From Chloropicon primus (lineage: Eukaryota): 64,000 nt of DNA. The notes below the pieces were generated by a model, which saw nothing but the letters and a program-made list of their open reading frames with translations, ran no database searches and was not told where the DNA came from. Shown here in pieces: positions 53,424-64,000 of the stretch; the stretch's first letter is position 1, and each line of letters starts with the position of its first letter. The translations under genes and the position numbers were made by a program. Where the stretch lies: assembly GCA_023205875.1 (NCBI GenBank), contig CP060765.1, positions 434,001 through 498,000 on the forward strand, written 5' to 3'.

Positions 53424-54690
53424 ATGACGGACTACGCCAAGTGGGACAAGTTCGTCGCGGACTTGAGCTCGGACAGCGACGATGGGGGCGTCGGCATTGT
53501 GAGCGAGAACCGAGGCGTTGCCTCGCGAGACGCCTCGTCGAGAGGCTACGCGGCGAGAGGGAAGGACGAAGGAGAACCTGTCCAGGATCGGGAGCACGGT
53601 GCTGAGGGGATAGCGAGCGTTGTGGATGCTTACAAGACGATCGAGGGGGTTAGCGGGGTGGAATCTGTGCTTGAACTGAGTCTGGGGGCGCAGAAACTCG
53701 TCGAGGTAAGTTGGTTCCCTCTTTTGGGGGCACAAGCTGCACGAGTGGGTGTGCGTGTGTGTGGCTCCACCACCACCACTACCACCACCTGCAGTTTGTG
53801 CGCGAAGTCCTTCTGTTCTGTCCCCGGATCGCTTCGAGTCGATCATCGGCTGACAGCACGCGCCTCTCGTTGTTTCGACTGGTTCTGCTTCGCGCTGCCC
53901 CAAGGAACTCGGCGTCAATGAGAAGGGCCTGGACCGGGTAAGAGCGCTGAGGGAAGAGTGCGACTCGGTGAGAGAGGCTCTGAGCGTTTTTCCCACGAAG
54001 ACGCGGCACCAAGTGATGGTTCCGCTGGGGAATGGCAGGGGTAGCAAGCTCGCATTCCGGGAGGGCGAGCTCGTTCACCCGAACGAGGTTTTCGTCAAGC
54101 TTGACGAGACTTACGTAGAGAGGACGGCGGCTCAGGCTGCTGCCATACTGGAGAGGCGGGGTGCCCACTATTCCAAGCAAGAAAGGGATCTCGAGGAGAA
54201 AGCAGTGGCCTTGCGGAGGAGTATCGCGTTTGCATCGGAGGCGGCCAACCTCAGGGGAAATTTCATCGACATCTACGAGGACGAGGACGAGATGAGAAGA
54301 TACGAGGAAGAGTTGGCACTCCGAAGGAAGCAAGGAGGGGGGAGGAAGCAAAAAGGGCAGGAGCCGGTTACGGACGAAGAGTTTGACACGATGCTGCAAA
54401 AGTTAGAAAGCCTCGAGAAATTGGAGGATGCTGGCAGCGACAAGTCTCTCCCGGAAGTAAAATCGGTCGGAGAAGCGGGAACCTCCGGTGGTTCGCAAGC
54501 AGTCCAGGAGCGAGCCGCAGAGAAAACCAACCGGCACCAAGCCTTCACAGGGAGCGTGGTGGAGAAAAGGGTTGGCGGCGCGAGTCGTGGCAAGCCAGGG
54601 GGGTCGGGCCAGGGGGGAGGGGAGCAGGAGCAGAGGAGGACAAGGCCGGTGTCCAGGTTCAAAATGTCTCTCCAGAATCGACAGCAGTAA
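53424..54690 (+). CDS. URI1: URI1/Bud27-like unconventional prefoldin, exons 53424-53705 and 53905-54690
   Basis: Prefoldin-alpha core H.VMVPLG..LAFREGELVHPNEVFVKL..YVERTAAQA..ILERR, FIDIYE and C-terminal PVSRFK. The intron at 53706-53904 is in frame. Confidence 0.8.
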
Positions 54691-54747
54691 ACAGCTTTTC
54701 AGAAAAAAAACGTTTGTGAAAATTGATTCTAACCACTTACACTACCT

Positions 54748-56091
54748 TTAAGCGTTGTTGAAAGAGTCAACAATGGCGTTGGCGAGGTACTCTACCTTGC
54801 CACTGGACAAGCCAGCGAGAGAGATTCTTCCGTCCTTGGTCATGTACACGTGGTGCTTGTTGGTCATGTTCTCCACCTGCGCTGGGGTCATTCCCGTGTA
54901 GGAGAACATACCAATCTGTTCGGTGATGAAGTCCCAGCTCCTGGAAGAGTCCATCGTCTTCAAGCAATCCACGAGCTGGCCCCTGACGTCCTTGATCCTT
55001 CCCGCCATTCCAGCCATCTCAGACTTCCACTCGGCGAAGAGCTCATCGTCTCCCACAACCTCGGCAACGATCCTGGCTCCGGCGGTAGGGGGGTTGGAGT
55101 AAAGGGCTCTCGCAAGCCTCTTGAGCTGAGACAGGGCTCTCTTGGCGTTGTCGGCGTCCTTGGCGACACAGTGCAGGGCCCCGACCCTCTCTCCGTACAA
55201 CCCGAGGTTCTTGGCGTAGGACTGGGATACGAGCATCTCGAGGCCGGCGTCGGCGAACATTCTGACGGCAAAGGCGTCAGTGATGAGGTCGCCAGACGCG
55301 AAGCCCTGGTAGGCCGAGTCAAAGAATGGCAAGAACTTCTTGGACTTGCAGAGCTCCAAGATCTCGGTCCACTGCTCCCTCGTGGGGTCGATGCCGGTGG
55401 GGTTGTGGGCGCAGGCGTGGAGAATGACCACGGAGCCCTCTGGAGCGGCCTTGAGGTCGGCAATCATTCCCGTGAAGTTCAACCCGATGGTCTCCTTGTC
55501 AAAGTAGCTGTACTGCTCCACGGCCACCCCGGCGTCAGCGAAGATGTTCTTGTGGTTGCCCCAGCTTGGGTTTGGGATGTAAACGGACGTCCCCGGGAAG
55601 AAGCGGTTGATGAACGCGGCTCCGACCCTCAAGCTGCCGGTACCGGACAGGGACTGAAGCGTGACGATCTTGCCGTCGCTCAACAGGGAGCTGTCCGCGC
55701 CGAACATGAGCTCCGCGCTGACCTTGTTGAAGGGAGCAAAGCCCTCGATAGGAAGGTACTCCTTGTTGTTCCCCTGGGACAAGACTCTCTCCTCGGCCTT
55801 GCGCACCACGTTCAGCACCACGGGCTGCAAGTTGTCGTCCCTGTAAGCTCCGACCCCGAGATTGAGCTTGCTCTCGTCGTTGTCCGCACGGAAGGCTTGG
55901 GTGACACCCAAGATAGGATCAGCGGGGGCCTGCTCGACGGAGTCGAACATGGAGTCCGCCGCGACGGCCGCACGTGCCACCACGGCGGAGGGTCTCTTGC
56001 CCCTCTGGCTCCGTCCCAGGGCGGCACCACTCACGCACCTCTGCTGGTCAATGCACCCCCTGGCCTGGACTCTAAACTGCACGGTCTTCAT
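54748..56091 (-). CDS. Aspartate aminotransferase with an organellar (plastid-like) transit peptide
   Basis: APADPILG, KLNLGVGAYR, QSLSGTGSLR, LHACAHNPTGID, FDSAYQGFASG, PLP lysine in SYAKNLGLYGER, QIGMFS, DGRIS. Confidence 0.96.
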   Translation of the reverse strand: MKTVQFRVQARGCIDQQRCVSGAALGRSQRGKRPSAVVARAAVAADSMFDSVEQAPADPILGVTQAFRADNDESKLNLGVGAYRDDNLQPVVLNVVRKAEERVLSQGNNKEYLPIEGFAPFNKVSAELMFGADSSLLSDGKIVTLQSLSGTGSLRVGAAFINRFFPGTSVYIPNPSWGNHKNIFADAGVAVEQYSYFDKETIGLNFTGMIADLKAAPEGSVVILHACAHNPTGIDPTREQWTEILELCKSKKFLPFFDSAYQGFASGDLITDAFAVRMFADAGLEMLVSQSYAKNLGLYGERVGALHCVAKDADNAKRALSQLKRLARALYSNPPTAGARIVAEVVGDDELFAEWKSEMAGMAGRIKDVRGQLVDCLKTMDSSRSWDFITEQIGMFSYTGMTPAQVENMTNKHHVYMTKDGRISLAGLSSGKVEYLANAIVDSFNNA

Positions 56092-56919
56092 CCTCTTCTC
56101 GCAACTGGTAAACAAATCTCAAAAACAATCAAAAAGGAAGATCTTCTTCTTCTTCTTCTTCTTCTTCTTCTTCTTCTGTTTCGTTTCGTTTCGTTTCGTT
56201 TTTTTTTTGGAGGGGGAAGGAGCAAGAACGACCAAGAGAGGAAGAGAGTCAGCAACGAGGTCCTCTCTCAACGACCACGCCCATTCCATTCCTTTCACGA
56301 CGACGTCGCCTGCCGGGCGAGCCACACCACAACTCAAACTGAAACTCCCGCGACGAAAGAGAGAAAAGAGGGAGGTTCGAAGGGAAGGGAAGGGAAATGG
56401 ACCGAGTCGAGCGAGTGTTCCTTCCCTTCGCAAAGGTCGGTCGGTCGTCGAGCACGGTCTCGTCACCACCACGGTCACGGTCGGCGCCGGCTTACCTTTC
56501 TCTTCTGATCGATCGAGATCGTCATCTTCAAGATCTTCTCTTCATCTTCGGTTTTGCTTACACTCTTTGCTCGTCCTCATGGACCCATGGTTGACAAAAA
56601 CAACACCAAAGAACAAAGAACAAACAACCTTTGGGTTGTCCATCAATGTCTACACTCTCTTCCTCGCGTGTGATCCATTCCATCGTGTCCTTCCCAAGCC
56701 TGGTTCCTTTCCTTTGCCCTCCTCAGCTGGAAGATGCATCTTCCCGTCATGGAGAGGGGCCAGACGAGGAGTGACCACTCCCCCCCCTTGGCCTCTCCCT
56801 CGACATCCGTTGGAGGTTCCCCTCGTCCTGTCCTCCGTGGCATAACGTCGTGAGCCGAACCACAGCACTGTGGTCCCTCCGTCCAAGAAAGAATACAAAG
56901 AAAGAAAGAATCCAACCCA

Positions 56920-57326
56920 ATGGCCCACACCCCGACCCATTGTCTTATTCCCTTTCCAAGGAAGAAAGCCATCCCCTCATCCTCTTCCCCTTCCTCTTCT
57001 CTCTCTCTCTCTCTCCTCGGGCTCCAGCAGAAAAGCACGGCCGAGTCGAACGATGGCCCACACCCCGACCCATTGTCTTATTCCCTTTCCAAGGAAGAAA
57101 GCCATCCCCTCACCTTCCTCTTCCCCTTCCTCTTCTCTCTCTCTCTCTCTCCTCGGGCTCCAGCAGAAAAGCACGGCCGAGTCGAACGATGGCCCACACC
57201 CCGACCCATTGTCTTATTCCCTTTCCAAGGAAGAAAGCCATCCCCTCACCTTCCTCTTCCCCTTCCTCTTCTCTCTCTCTCTCTCTCTCCTCGGGCTCCA
57301 GCAGAAAAGCACGGCCGAGTCGAACG
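56920..57326. repeat. Three-copy tandem repeat of 133-138 bp units in a divergent intergenic region
   Basis: Units start at 56920, 57053 and 57189 (ATGGCCCACACCCCGACCC...GGCCGAGTCGAACG) and differ mainly in (CT)n length. Confidence 0.95.
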
Positions 57327-57567
57327 AGGAGAGAGGGGGACCAGAAAGACCTTTGACGACGACGACGACGGTGGTGGTGGTGGTGGTGGGGAGGAAGAGA
57401 CGCGGCAACGGAACGATACGATAGGGAAGGAGCTCGAGGCCGAGGACGAGGTCGAGGTCGAGGCGCAAGGAGTCCGTCGAGGGGTCTGCCTTCCTGTCTG
57501 TCGGGTCGGGTCGGGTCGGTTGAGGGGAATCGAATAGAAGTTAGGATTTTTTTTTGTTAGGTAGAGG

Positions 57568-59103
57568 ATGAGCAAAGAGGTGGGAGGCAGGTTGAGCGGC
57601 AGAACAAACAGCAGGGAATACGCATTGGGCTCGCCGGTGAAGGACACGGCAATGCGGGAGGACGACAAGTTGTTGAAAGTGCCTCCCATGCCCGTGCTCA
57701 CGACGAAGATGGAGGGCGAGCGCTCCGCGGACGACGCGGGCGTGGCGTCGGAAATGGAGGGGAGGCACCTCACCGGGTGGGGGGCGATCTTCGTGTGCTC
57801 CAACGCCTGCATAGGGGCCGGGGTCCTCGCGTTTCCAAACGTTTTCGCGAACGGCGGCCTGATAACCACCCTGGTGCTCATGGTGCTGGTGGCCTGCTTG
57901 GAGTACCTGTCCCTGGCCGTCCTGGTGAAGGAGTCGCAGATTCTCGGCGTGACCCAGTTCCAGCACATCGTGAAGAAGCTTTACGGCGAGGGCATGAGCG
58001 TGTTCTTCTCTTGCATCATTTTTAGTTACATGTTCGGGGCCCTTGCGGCGTACCTGATCATCATCGGAGACGTGTTCACGTCCGTAGCGGCGAGGCACAT
58101 GGGCGAGGGAAGCATCTACGCCAGCCACTCTTTCGCCATCATCGTCGTGGCTTGTGTCGTCCTCTTCCCGCTTGCCTTGAAGAGGCACTTTCACGACTTG
58201 CAAATCGTGAGCGGCATATCGATCTGCTCCCTCGGTTACCTCATTGTCGCCGTGCTCATAAGGAACTTCCAGGTCATGGAGGCGAAGCACTTTCACGTGT
58301 TCGAGGACGTTCGCTTCTTTCCAAAAGACTTCGGCAGCCTGATGAACGCCGTGCCTGTCATAGGCTTTGCCTTTGTGTGCCACCTGCAGATTTGCGAGAT
58401 TGCGAGGGAGGTGAACCCTGACTCGACCTTCAGGTTGCCTTGCTTTGGGAAGAAGAAGGGGGCGAGGGCCAACAGCGATGGCTATGTAGGGGCCGCCACG
58501 GAGTCCACAGGTTTGTTGGGAAGCCGAATGGACCCCGTTCTTGCGAATCTTCATGCAAGAGTCTACAAGGTCATGGGGGGGGTCATGACCGGGGCTCTGT
58601 GCATCTGTGGAGTGTTCTACGGAACGATCGGAGGGGTGTCCTACCTCGCAGAACCGAACAAGTGGGCGAAAATATCCGATCTCTTGGAAGGCTATGGAGT
58701 GGACGACACCCTGATGGAGGTGGGAAGGGTAGCGCTGGTCATGAACGTGTGCTGCTCTTATCCCATCAACCTTGGCCCAGCGAGGAGTGCGGCGATGGAC
58801 CTGATGCAAAAGCTCTTTGACAACAAGCTGAACGACGCGATTCTCAGCGCCGTCACGACTATTGTCATTGTTGCCGGCTCCATCGCGGTGGCCATAAGTG
58901 TGGACTCGCTCGGAGTCGTATTCAAAATCATCGGAGGGACAGTGGGGGCTCTGCTCATCTTTGTTCTGCCTGGATTGATGATCACGGGAAGGCCTTCGTC
59001 ATCCGGCAGAAAATGCAACATGAACTACTTCGGCGGGTTCTCCCTGTGGGTGTTTGGTGCCGCTCTCCTCATTTGCACGATTGTAAGTTACTTCACGAAC
59101 TAA
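57568..59103 (+). CDS. Amino acid transporter, AAAP/SLC38/AVT6-like
   Basis: F...NACIGAGVLAFP, YLIIIGD, FPLAL, PVIGFAFVCH, SYPI, GGTVG..LIFVLPG, about 11 TM segments. Confidence 0.92.
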   Translation: MSKEVGGRLSGRTNSREYALGSPVKDTAMREDDKLLKVPPMPVLTTKMEGERSADDAGVASEMEGRHLTGWGAIFVCSNACIGAGVLAFPNVFANGGLITTLVLMVLVACLEYLSLAVLVKESQILGVTQFQHIVKKLYGEGMSVFFSCIIFSYMFGALAAYLIIIGDVFTSVAARHMGEGSIYASHSFAIIVVACVVLFPLALKRHFHDLQIVSGISICSLGYLIVAVLIRNFQVMEAKHFHVFEDVRFFPKDFGSLMNAVPVIGFAFVCHLQICEIAREVNPDSTFRLPCFGKKKGARANSDGYVGAATESTGLLGSRMDPVLANLHARVYKVMGGVMTGALCICGVFYGTIGGVSYLAEPNKWAKISDLLEGYGVDDTLMEVGRVALVMNVCCSYPINLGPARSAAMDLMQKLFDNKLNDAILSAVTTIVIVAGSIAVAISVDSLGVVFKIIGGTVGALLIFVLPGLMITGRPSSSGRKCNMNYFGGFSLWVFGAALLICTIVSYFTN

Positions 59104-59134
59104 GAACTAAGGTAAGGGGGATAATTATTATAAT

Positions 59135-60299
59135 TCACATTGGATTCATATCGCTTTGCTTTTGACGTGCGCTCCTCTTCCCCGAAGAATCCGTCGTTTG
59201 AAGCGGTTCGCCGACCCGACCCGAGTCGTCAATCTTCTCTTTCGGTTTCGCCATCCGCTGTTTCTTTTGGCCCCCTGCCAAGTGAAACCCAAACACGCTG
59301 AACCCGCCCTTGGCGCTGAGGCCGGCCAAGTCCAGTCTCACAGATGCCCCGGCGCCGCAAGGCTTGATGTCCTTGGGAGAAGGAAAGTACTTTGCGTTCT
59401 GATCGAGCAGGCAGCTCGCTTCGAGCCTCAGGCACTTGCACAGCTTGAGCTTCACCGAGACGTCGAGCGTCTTTGGCTGCAGGTAGGGACTCAAATTGAT
59501 GCACTTTGACGTGCTCGAAATGTTCAGAGCCAGACATCCTCTGGTCCGCGGCACCGTGAAGTTGGGCCCAATCGATACCAGCTCAGGCTTGTTCGTCTTG
59601 TCAAGGGTCAACCTGGCCTCAAGATCCGTGTAAAGCCTCAGAGGTATCCCCAAGAACCTCTTGTGCCCAATCCTAACGCTCGCCCCCCTGGACGACCTAA
59701 GCTCCCTCAAACGCTTGTCCTTCAGTGCCCACCTCCCCACCCACGGAATGGCCTCTACGGCCACACTTTCTATGTCACAAGCCGATGCAGATTGGATGAT
59801 CGATGCGATTATGGCTTCCTTCCTGGCCAACGTATCCACGCTCCTTCTGTTTCGGTCCCAGTCTCGTATTTTGTCCAAGCACGAGTCCCGATAAACCATG
59901 TCAACGCACTCGGACACCCTCTGAAAGTCCTCGACGTCCCCACCCTGCACCACAAAACGACGACGAGCGGAAAACGACGACAAACGGATAGCGCAGCACG
60001 CACCGGCAAGAGAGGAAGGGAAAGAGTCAGGACGCGAAGGCCTCGACGAGCGAGAAGGAAGTAACACGGGTGAAGATCACGCCGAGATCAGTGCTGTGAT
60101 ATCGGAGACAATCCTCCTCCTCGTCCGCACACTCCAGATCGGGCCAGTTCCCTACAGACCGGGTTCTCATCTTGGTGCCTACCTTGTCAGGGTGGTTTCG
60201 CAACGCCCATCGCCTGAAATCTATCTGTGAATCAATGTTCTGCCCCCTCACTTCCCTCACGCAACGCCTGCAGGCGTTCCTGTACTCCACCGACGTCAT
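59135..60299 (-). CDS. Protein with a minimal N-terminal J-like domain and an uncharacterised C-terminal region, exons 60299-60183 and 59944-59135
   Basis: The phase-0 GT-AG splice reconstitutes FRRWALRNHPDK-GGDVEDFQRVSEC, the HPD motif of J domains. Confidence 0.75.
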
Positions 60300-60706
60300 C
60301 ACCGCCCGTCCTGATGGCGGAGAGGCGAAGCACCTGTGCCCTTCCAGACACCCTCCGTGTCGAGCGAACTACGATTCGAAAGACCGCGATGCAAACTATC
60401 GTTCTGCAACTTTGTTGAACCCTTCCACCCTCCTTCTCTCACTCCAATCCCTCGCCCAAGGCCTCCCTCTCGCACAACTCTTGCCCTCCGTCGCGGATCA
60501 CTCCAACCCTCCCGCCTCCTTCAGAGGGCCAAACGCGTCGAGCGAGGGCTCTTTCGAAAGCCCAAGAGACGACGCTTGGCTTTGTACGGTTCTCCTTGGT
60601 CCTCGCGTCCTCTCTCTCCCGAGGTCGCCCCCTTCCTGCCTACCGTCCCTCCGCTACAGGGGGAGCGAGAGTGCAGCGCAGAACCAGCGGAAGCAAGGCG
60701 GCCGTC

Positions 60707-61699
60707 ATGAGGAAGCTCAAGTTTCATGAACAAAAACTCCTGAAGAAGGTAAGCGGACAGAGAGTGAGGGAGAGAGGGAGGGAGGGAGCCGAGGACGACG
60801 CGCCACCGAACCGAACCTTTCCCTCCGCTCGTCACGCCCTCCGTCGAAAGCAAACCCAAACGTTTGGGTGGGATGGGGATGGGATGGGGAAGGGGGAAGA
60901 AGGACTCCTCCGAGTTTTTGGTTGGACGAGAGGGGTGGAAGGGTGCAGCGCTGCACGACGCGGTGGTTTCTTAGGCGTCTGTCTGTCCCCTCCCGAGAGG
61001 AAGGAAGGGATGGCGTGCTGAGTGCAAGGCCCTTGGCGACGCCTTTGCCTCCTGGGAACGGAGGGCCAACCGTTTTGCCTGGTGGAGAACGGGGTTGTGG
61101 TGGGACAAGAGACTTACTTTCTCGCTTGTTTCTTCTTCTTCTTCTTGTTCTTGTTCTTGTTCTTGTTCTTGGTTTGCGGCGGGTGGTGAGCACAGGTTAA
61201 CTTTCTTCAGTGGAAGAGGGAGAACAACCACAGGGAGTATCAGGTGCTTCGGCGGTACCACATACAGGACAGGGACGACTACTCGAAGTACAACAAAGTA
61301 TGCGGCCTCATCACAAAGCTTGTGAGTATGCTGAAGACTCTGGCGGCCGATGACCCGGCGAGGATTGAGATCACGGACCTCCTGCTGGAAAAGCTGAAGA
61401 ACTTGGGAATCATCTCGACGAAGAAGAGCCTGTCGCAGCTGGAGGAGCTCTCCACCTCGACCTTCTGCAGAAGGCGGCTCCCAATCGTGATGGTGCGCAG
61501 CAAGATGGCAGAAACGGTTCCCGAAGCGGTGACCTTCGTGGAGCAGGGTCACGTCAGGGTGGGGCCTGATACGGTCACCGACCCAGCCTTCCTGGTGACG
61601 AAGAACATGGAGGACTTCGTCACTTGGGTGGACACCTCGAAGATCAAGAGGAAGGTCAGAACCTACAACGACGAGCTCGATGACTTTGAGTTCACCTGA
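60707..61699 (+). CDS. IMP3: U3 snoRNP protein IMP3, exons 60707-60748 and 61196-61699
   Basis: MRKLKFHEQKLLKK-VNFLQWK, DYSKYNK, FCRRRLP, EQGHVRVGP..VTDPAFLVT..EDFVTWVD, DELDDF. Confidence 0.96.
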
Positions 61700-62164
61700 A
61701 CCGGGCGGAACGCAAACAAAGGAGAGCTTCCCTGTCGTCGTCGTCGTCTTCCTAATATAACCGAATAAAATAACCAAAAGCCCGCGACGTGCGGAGAAAG
61801 ACAAGGCAAAGACGGGCAGTCACCGCATGGCATTGGGCGTTGTTCGACGCCCTGCCTTGCTTGTTGTACATCATCATCATCATCCATCCATCCACATCAT
61901 CGTCATACGCTCTCTGGCTCGTCGATCCTTCTTCGTTCCCCTCCCCTTCCTAGAGAGAGAGAGAGAGAGAGAGAGCCATGGCGACGGGTCCAGAGACCTT
62001 TGCGCCGCGACGTGCGTGACCGGAGAGGTGGCGACCTGGGGAGCGGAGGCGAGGCCTCTGAAGGCAACGCGACGGTCGACCAGCGGGTGGAGTGAGGCCC
62101 CTTGAGACGGTTGAGAGAGGGAGAGAGAGAGAGAGAAAGGGAAGGCCATTCGATTCGACTCGAG

Positions 62165-62680
62165 ATGGCAGGCAAAGGTGGGAAGCCCGTGGGTCGGGTG
62201 GGAATAAGCGTCCGGAACTCTTCGCTCGACAGGGCGCGGGCTCTGCTTGGCGTGTCCAAGGGGGACTTCGACAAGGAGCTGGACGCGCACAGGACAGGGA
62301 ACGAGAGGCAGACGTTGATGCCGCTGTTGGAGCGTCCTGGTCTCGGAGCGGAGCAGCTGAAGCGTCAGAAGGAGCCCGTCCACGCGACGGAGGGGAAGCT
62401 CCTGCGGTCGATCCAGAACAACAGACTGAAGAGGGCGAGGGACGCGAGAGACAGGAGGATCGACCAAGCCAAGGGATTTTCCCTGGACGCCCAAGACTCG
62501 GACAGCGAGGTAAGTCGTCGTCATCATCAGCAACAACAACAACAACTTGACCGTGAGCGAACGAGTGAGTGGGTGCTAGCGGTCGAGCTGCGTCTGACCT
62601 TGCCACGCGACCGTTCTGCGCCGCAGGAGGAGGAGCTCAGCAAAGCGGAGACCTTCAGCAAATCGAGGAAGAAGCGGTGA
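62165..62680 (+). CDS. Small basic hypothetical protein (RPGLGA motif, DSDSEEEE), probable intron 62510-62626
   Basis: ATG ORF with a GTAAGT donor, CTGAC branch site and GCAG acceptor. The spliced product ends SDSEEEELSKAETFSKSRKKR. Confidence 0.65.
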   Translation: MAGKGGKPVGRVGISVRNSSLDRARALLGVSKGDFDKELDAHRTGNERQTLMPLLERPGLGAEQLKRQKEPVHATEGKLLRSIQNNRLKRARDARDRRIDQAKGFSLDAQDSDSEVSRRHHQQQQQQLDRERTSEWVLAVELRLTLPRDRSAPQEEELSKAETFSKSRKKR

Positions 62681-64000
62681 AGTGTGTTTTGTGCCGGAGT
62701 TGTTGCTGTTGGAGCAGCGGAAGAGAGGGGGAGAGGGAACTTTTGCGTTGGAGCGCCGCGACAAGTGACTAGGGCCACGTTCCGGCAATGTTCGACCCTG
62801 AAAAGGGGGCAGGAGGATATTCGGTCGGCAGAGCAGAGGGTCGTGGCGCCAAACGGATCGAGTCTTCCGAGTAGTTTGTTTGTGTGTGTGTGTCGCAGGG
62901 GGGCTCGCATTCAATCAAGCTTTGAAGACGGCGGCGGCGGTGGCGACGATGCGATCGGATCGGACCAGACCAGGCCAGACCAGACCAGACCATAAAAAAG
63001 TACCACGTCATTATCAGTCATGAATGAATGAATGAATGAGATTCCCCTCACCGGCAAGGCAGATGATGCTTCACCACAACTATCGGACCCGGGGGGCTGG
63101 CTCTGCTGCCTCCAAGCACCGCTGTGCGGCGTACCTCGTCGGTTCATCGTGAGCCTGGCAAAGCTGATGGTGTCCCATCCAAGTACTGGCCGATTCCCGT
63201 CCGTCTTTGGATTGTGCCAAGCAAACCTTGGCCACTGTGGCAAGTTCACAGTTCACATTGTCCCTCCCAAGCAAGCAAGCAAGACTAGGGCCTCGTCCCG
63301 ATGATGTGTCCACCCAAGTCACTTGGACCAAGTCGTCGATTCCCGTCTGTCTTTGGATTGTGCCAAACCTTGGTGCGCCCAATCCCATTGTGGTAACTTC
63401 ACCGAGCAGCCAGGCATTGTCCCACCCCAAAAGGCCGAAGTCTTGGAAGCAACCAAGCAATCCATCCATCAAGCAAGCAAGAGACCTGGACCTTGACGTG
63501 TCCCCTCAATGCCTCATGCCCCCTCGGCGGCCCAAACGAAACGTTTTGTCCCTCGAGTACATTTCCCACGGTAGACCTTTCGGACTTCATATTTGAAGTA
63601 CTGAACTTTTCCAAAACTCTACAATGAAATTTCCTGATGCACGAAACACGAACTCTTCGCGATCTTTACCACGACCGCGACTTAGTGTTGAATTCGGTGT
63701 TGTGGTCTTGGACTTTTCCGAAATTGAAATTGGAGTCTGGAGGTCCCCGTTGTTCTCCCCGAGACGTTCCTCGGATTAGCACGTGATTTGTACACGCGGA
63801 GTCAGCAAAGGCTTGTGAGGTTGCCAGAGGGTTTGAGGCTCCAGAGAGCGCGAGCGCTGACGACGGTCTACAACAAACCGCGACCGCGATCACGATCAAA
63901 CCCAACGACACAGGGACAAGACCGCGGCGTGAAAACGACGGAGGTGTTCTGACGACGAACACCAGCACGGCCAACGCTTTCGTCCAAGGGGAAGGGATCA

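Noticed and set aside
56850..57537. Repetitive ORFs and a CRISPR-like appearance of the triple repeat
   Set aside because: The units are contiguous 133-138 bp copies with no unique spacers, unit lengths shift the frame, there are no cas genes, and the context is eukaryotic.
63666..63974. 102-aa minus-strand ORF with a hydrophobic stretch at the window end
   Set aside because: Non-ATG start, no family motif, and context truncated by the window edge.
1..64000. tRNA, rRNA, transposase, reverse transcriptase or viral hallmark genes
   Set aside because: None recognised by eye. tRNAscan-SE, Infernal and HMM searches would be needed to exclude small or divergent ones.

Overview
Gene-dense eukaryotic nuclear DNA from a compact green alga. 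The evidence is nuclear psaE, starch synthase III, a PLATZ factor, an MPH2-like lumen protein, short GT-AG introns, high GC3 and many microsatellites. A Chloropicon/prasinophyte-type genome is my inference and is not proven. About 35 protein-coding genes can be modelled, about 14 of them with introns I resolved by hand. I recognised no rRNA, tRNA, CRISPR array or autonomous transposon. The most notable observations are: (1) two near-identical introns in unrelated exon contexts of one TSPO gene, suggesting recent intron copying; (2) a predicted N-acylated, signal-peptide-less MATH-domain/prolyl 4-hydroxylase fusion; (3) a malic enzyme whose catalytic Tyr and dinucleotide-binding motif are degenerate; (4) starch synthase III next to a coiled-coil/repeat/CBM20 protein; (5) a 21-bp motif shared by two divergent intergenic regions; (6) repeated local duplications of about 120-170 bp; (7) a small orphan secreted prepro-peptide. 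All product calls come from recalled motifs, and no database search was run.
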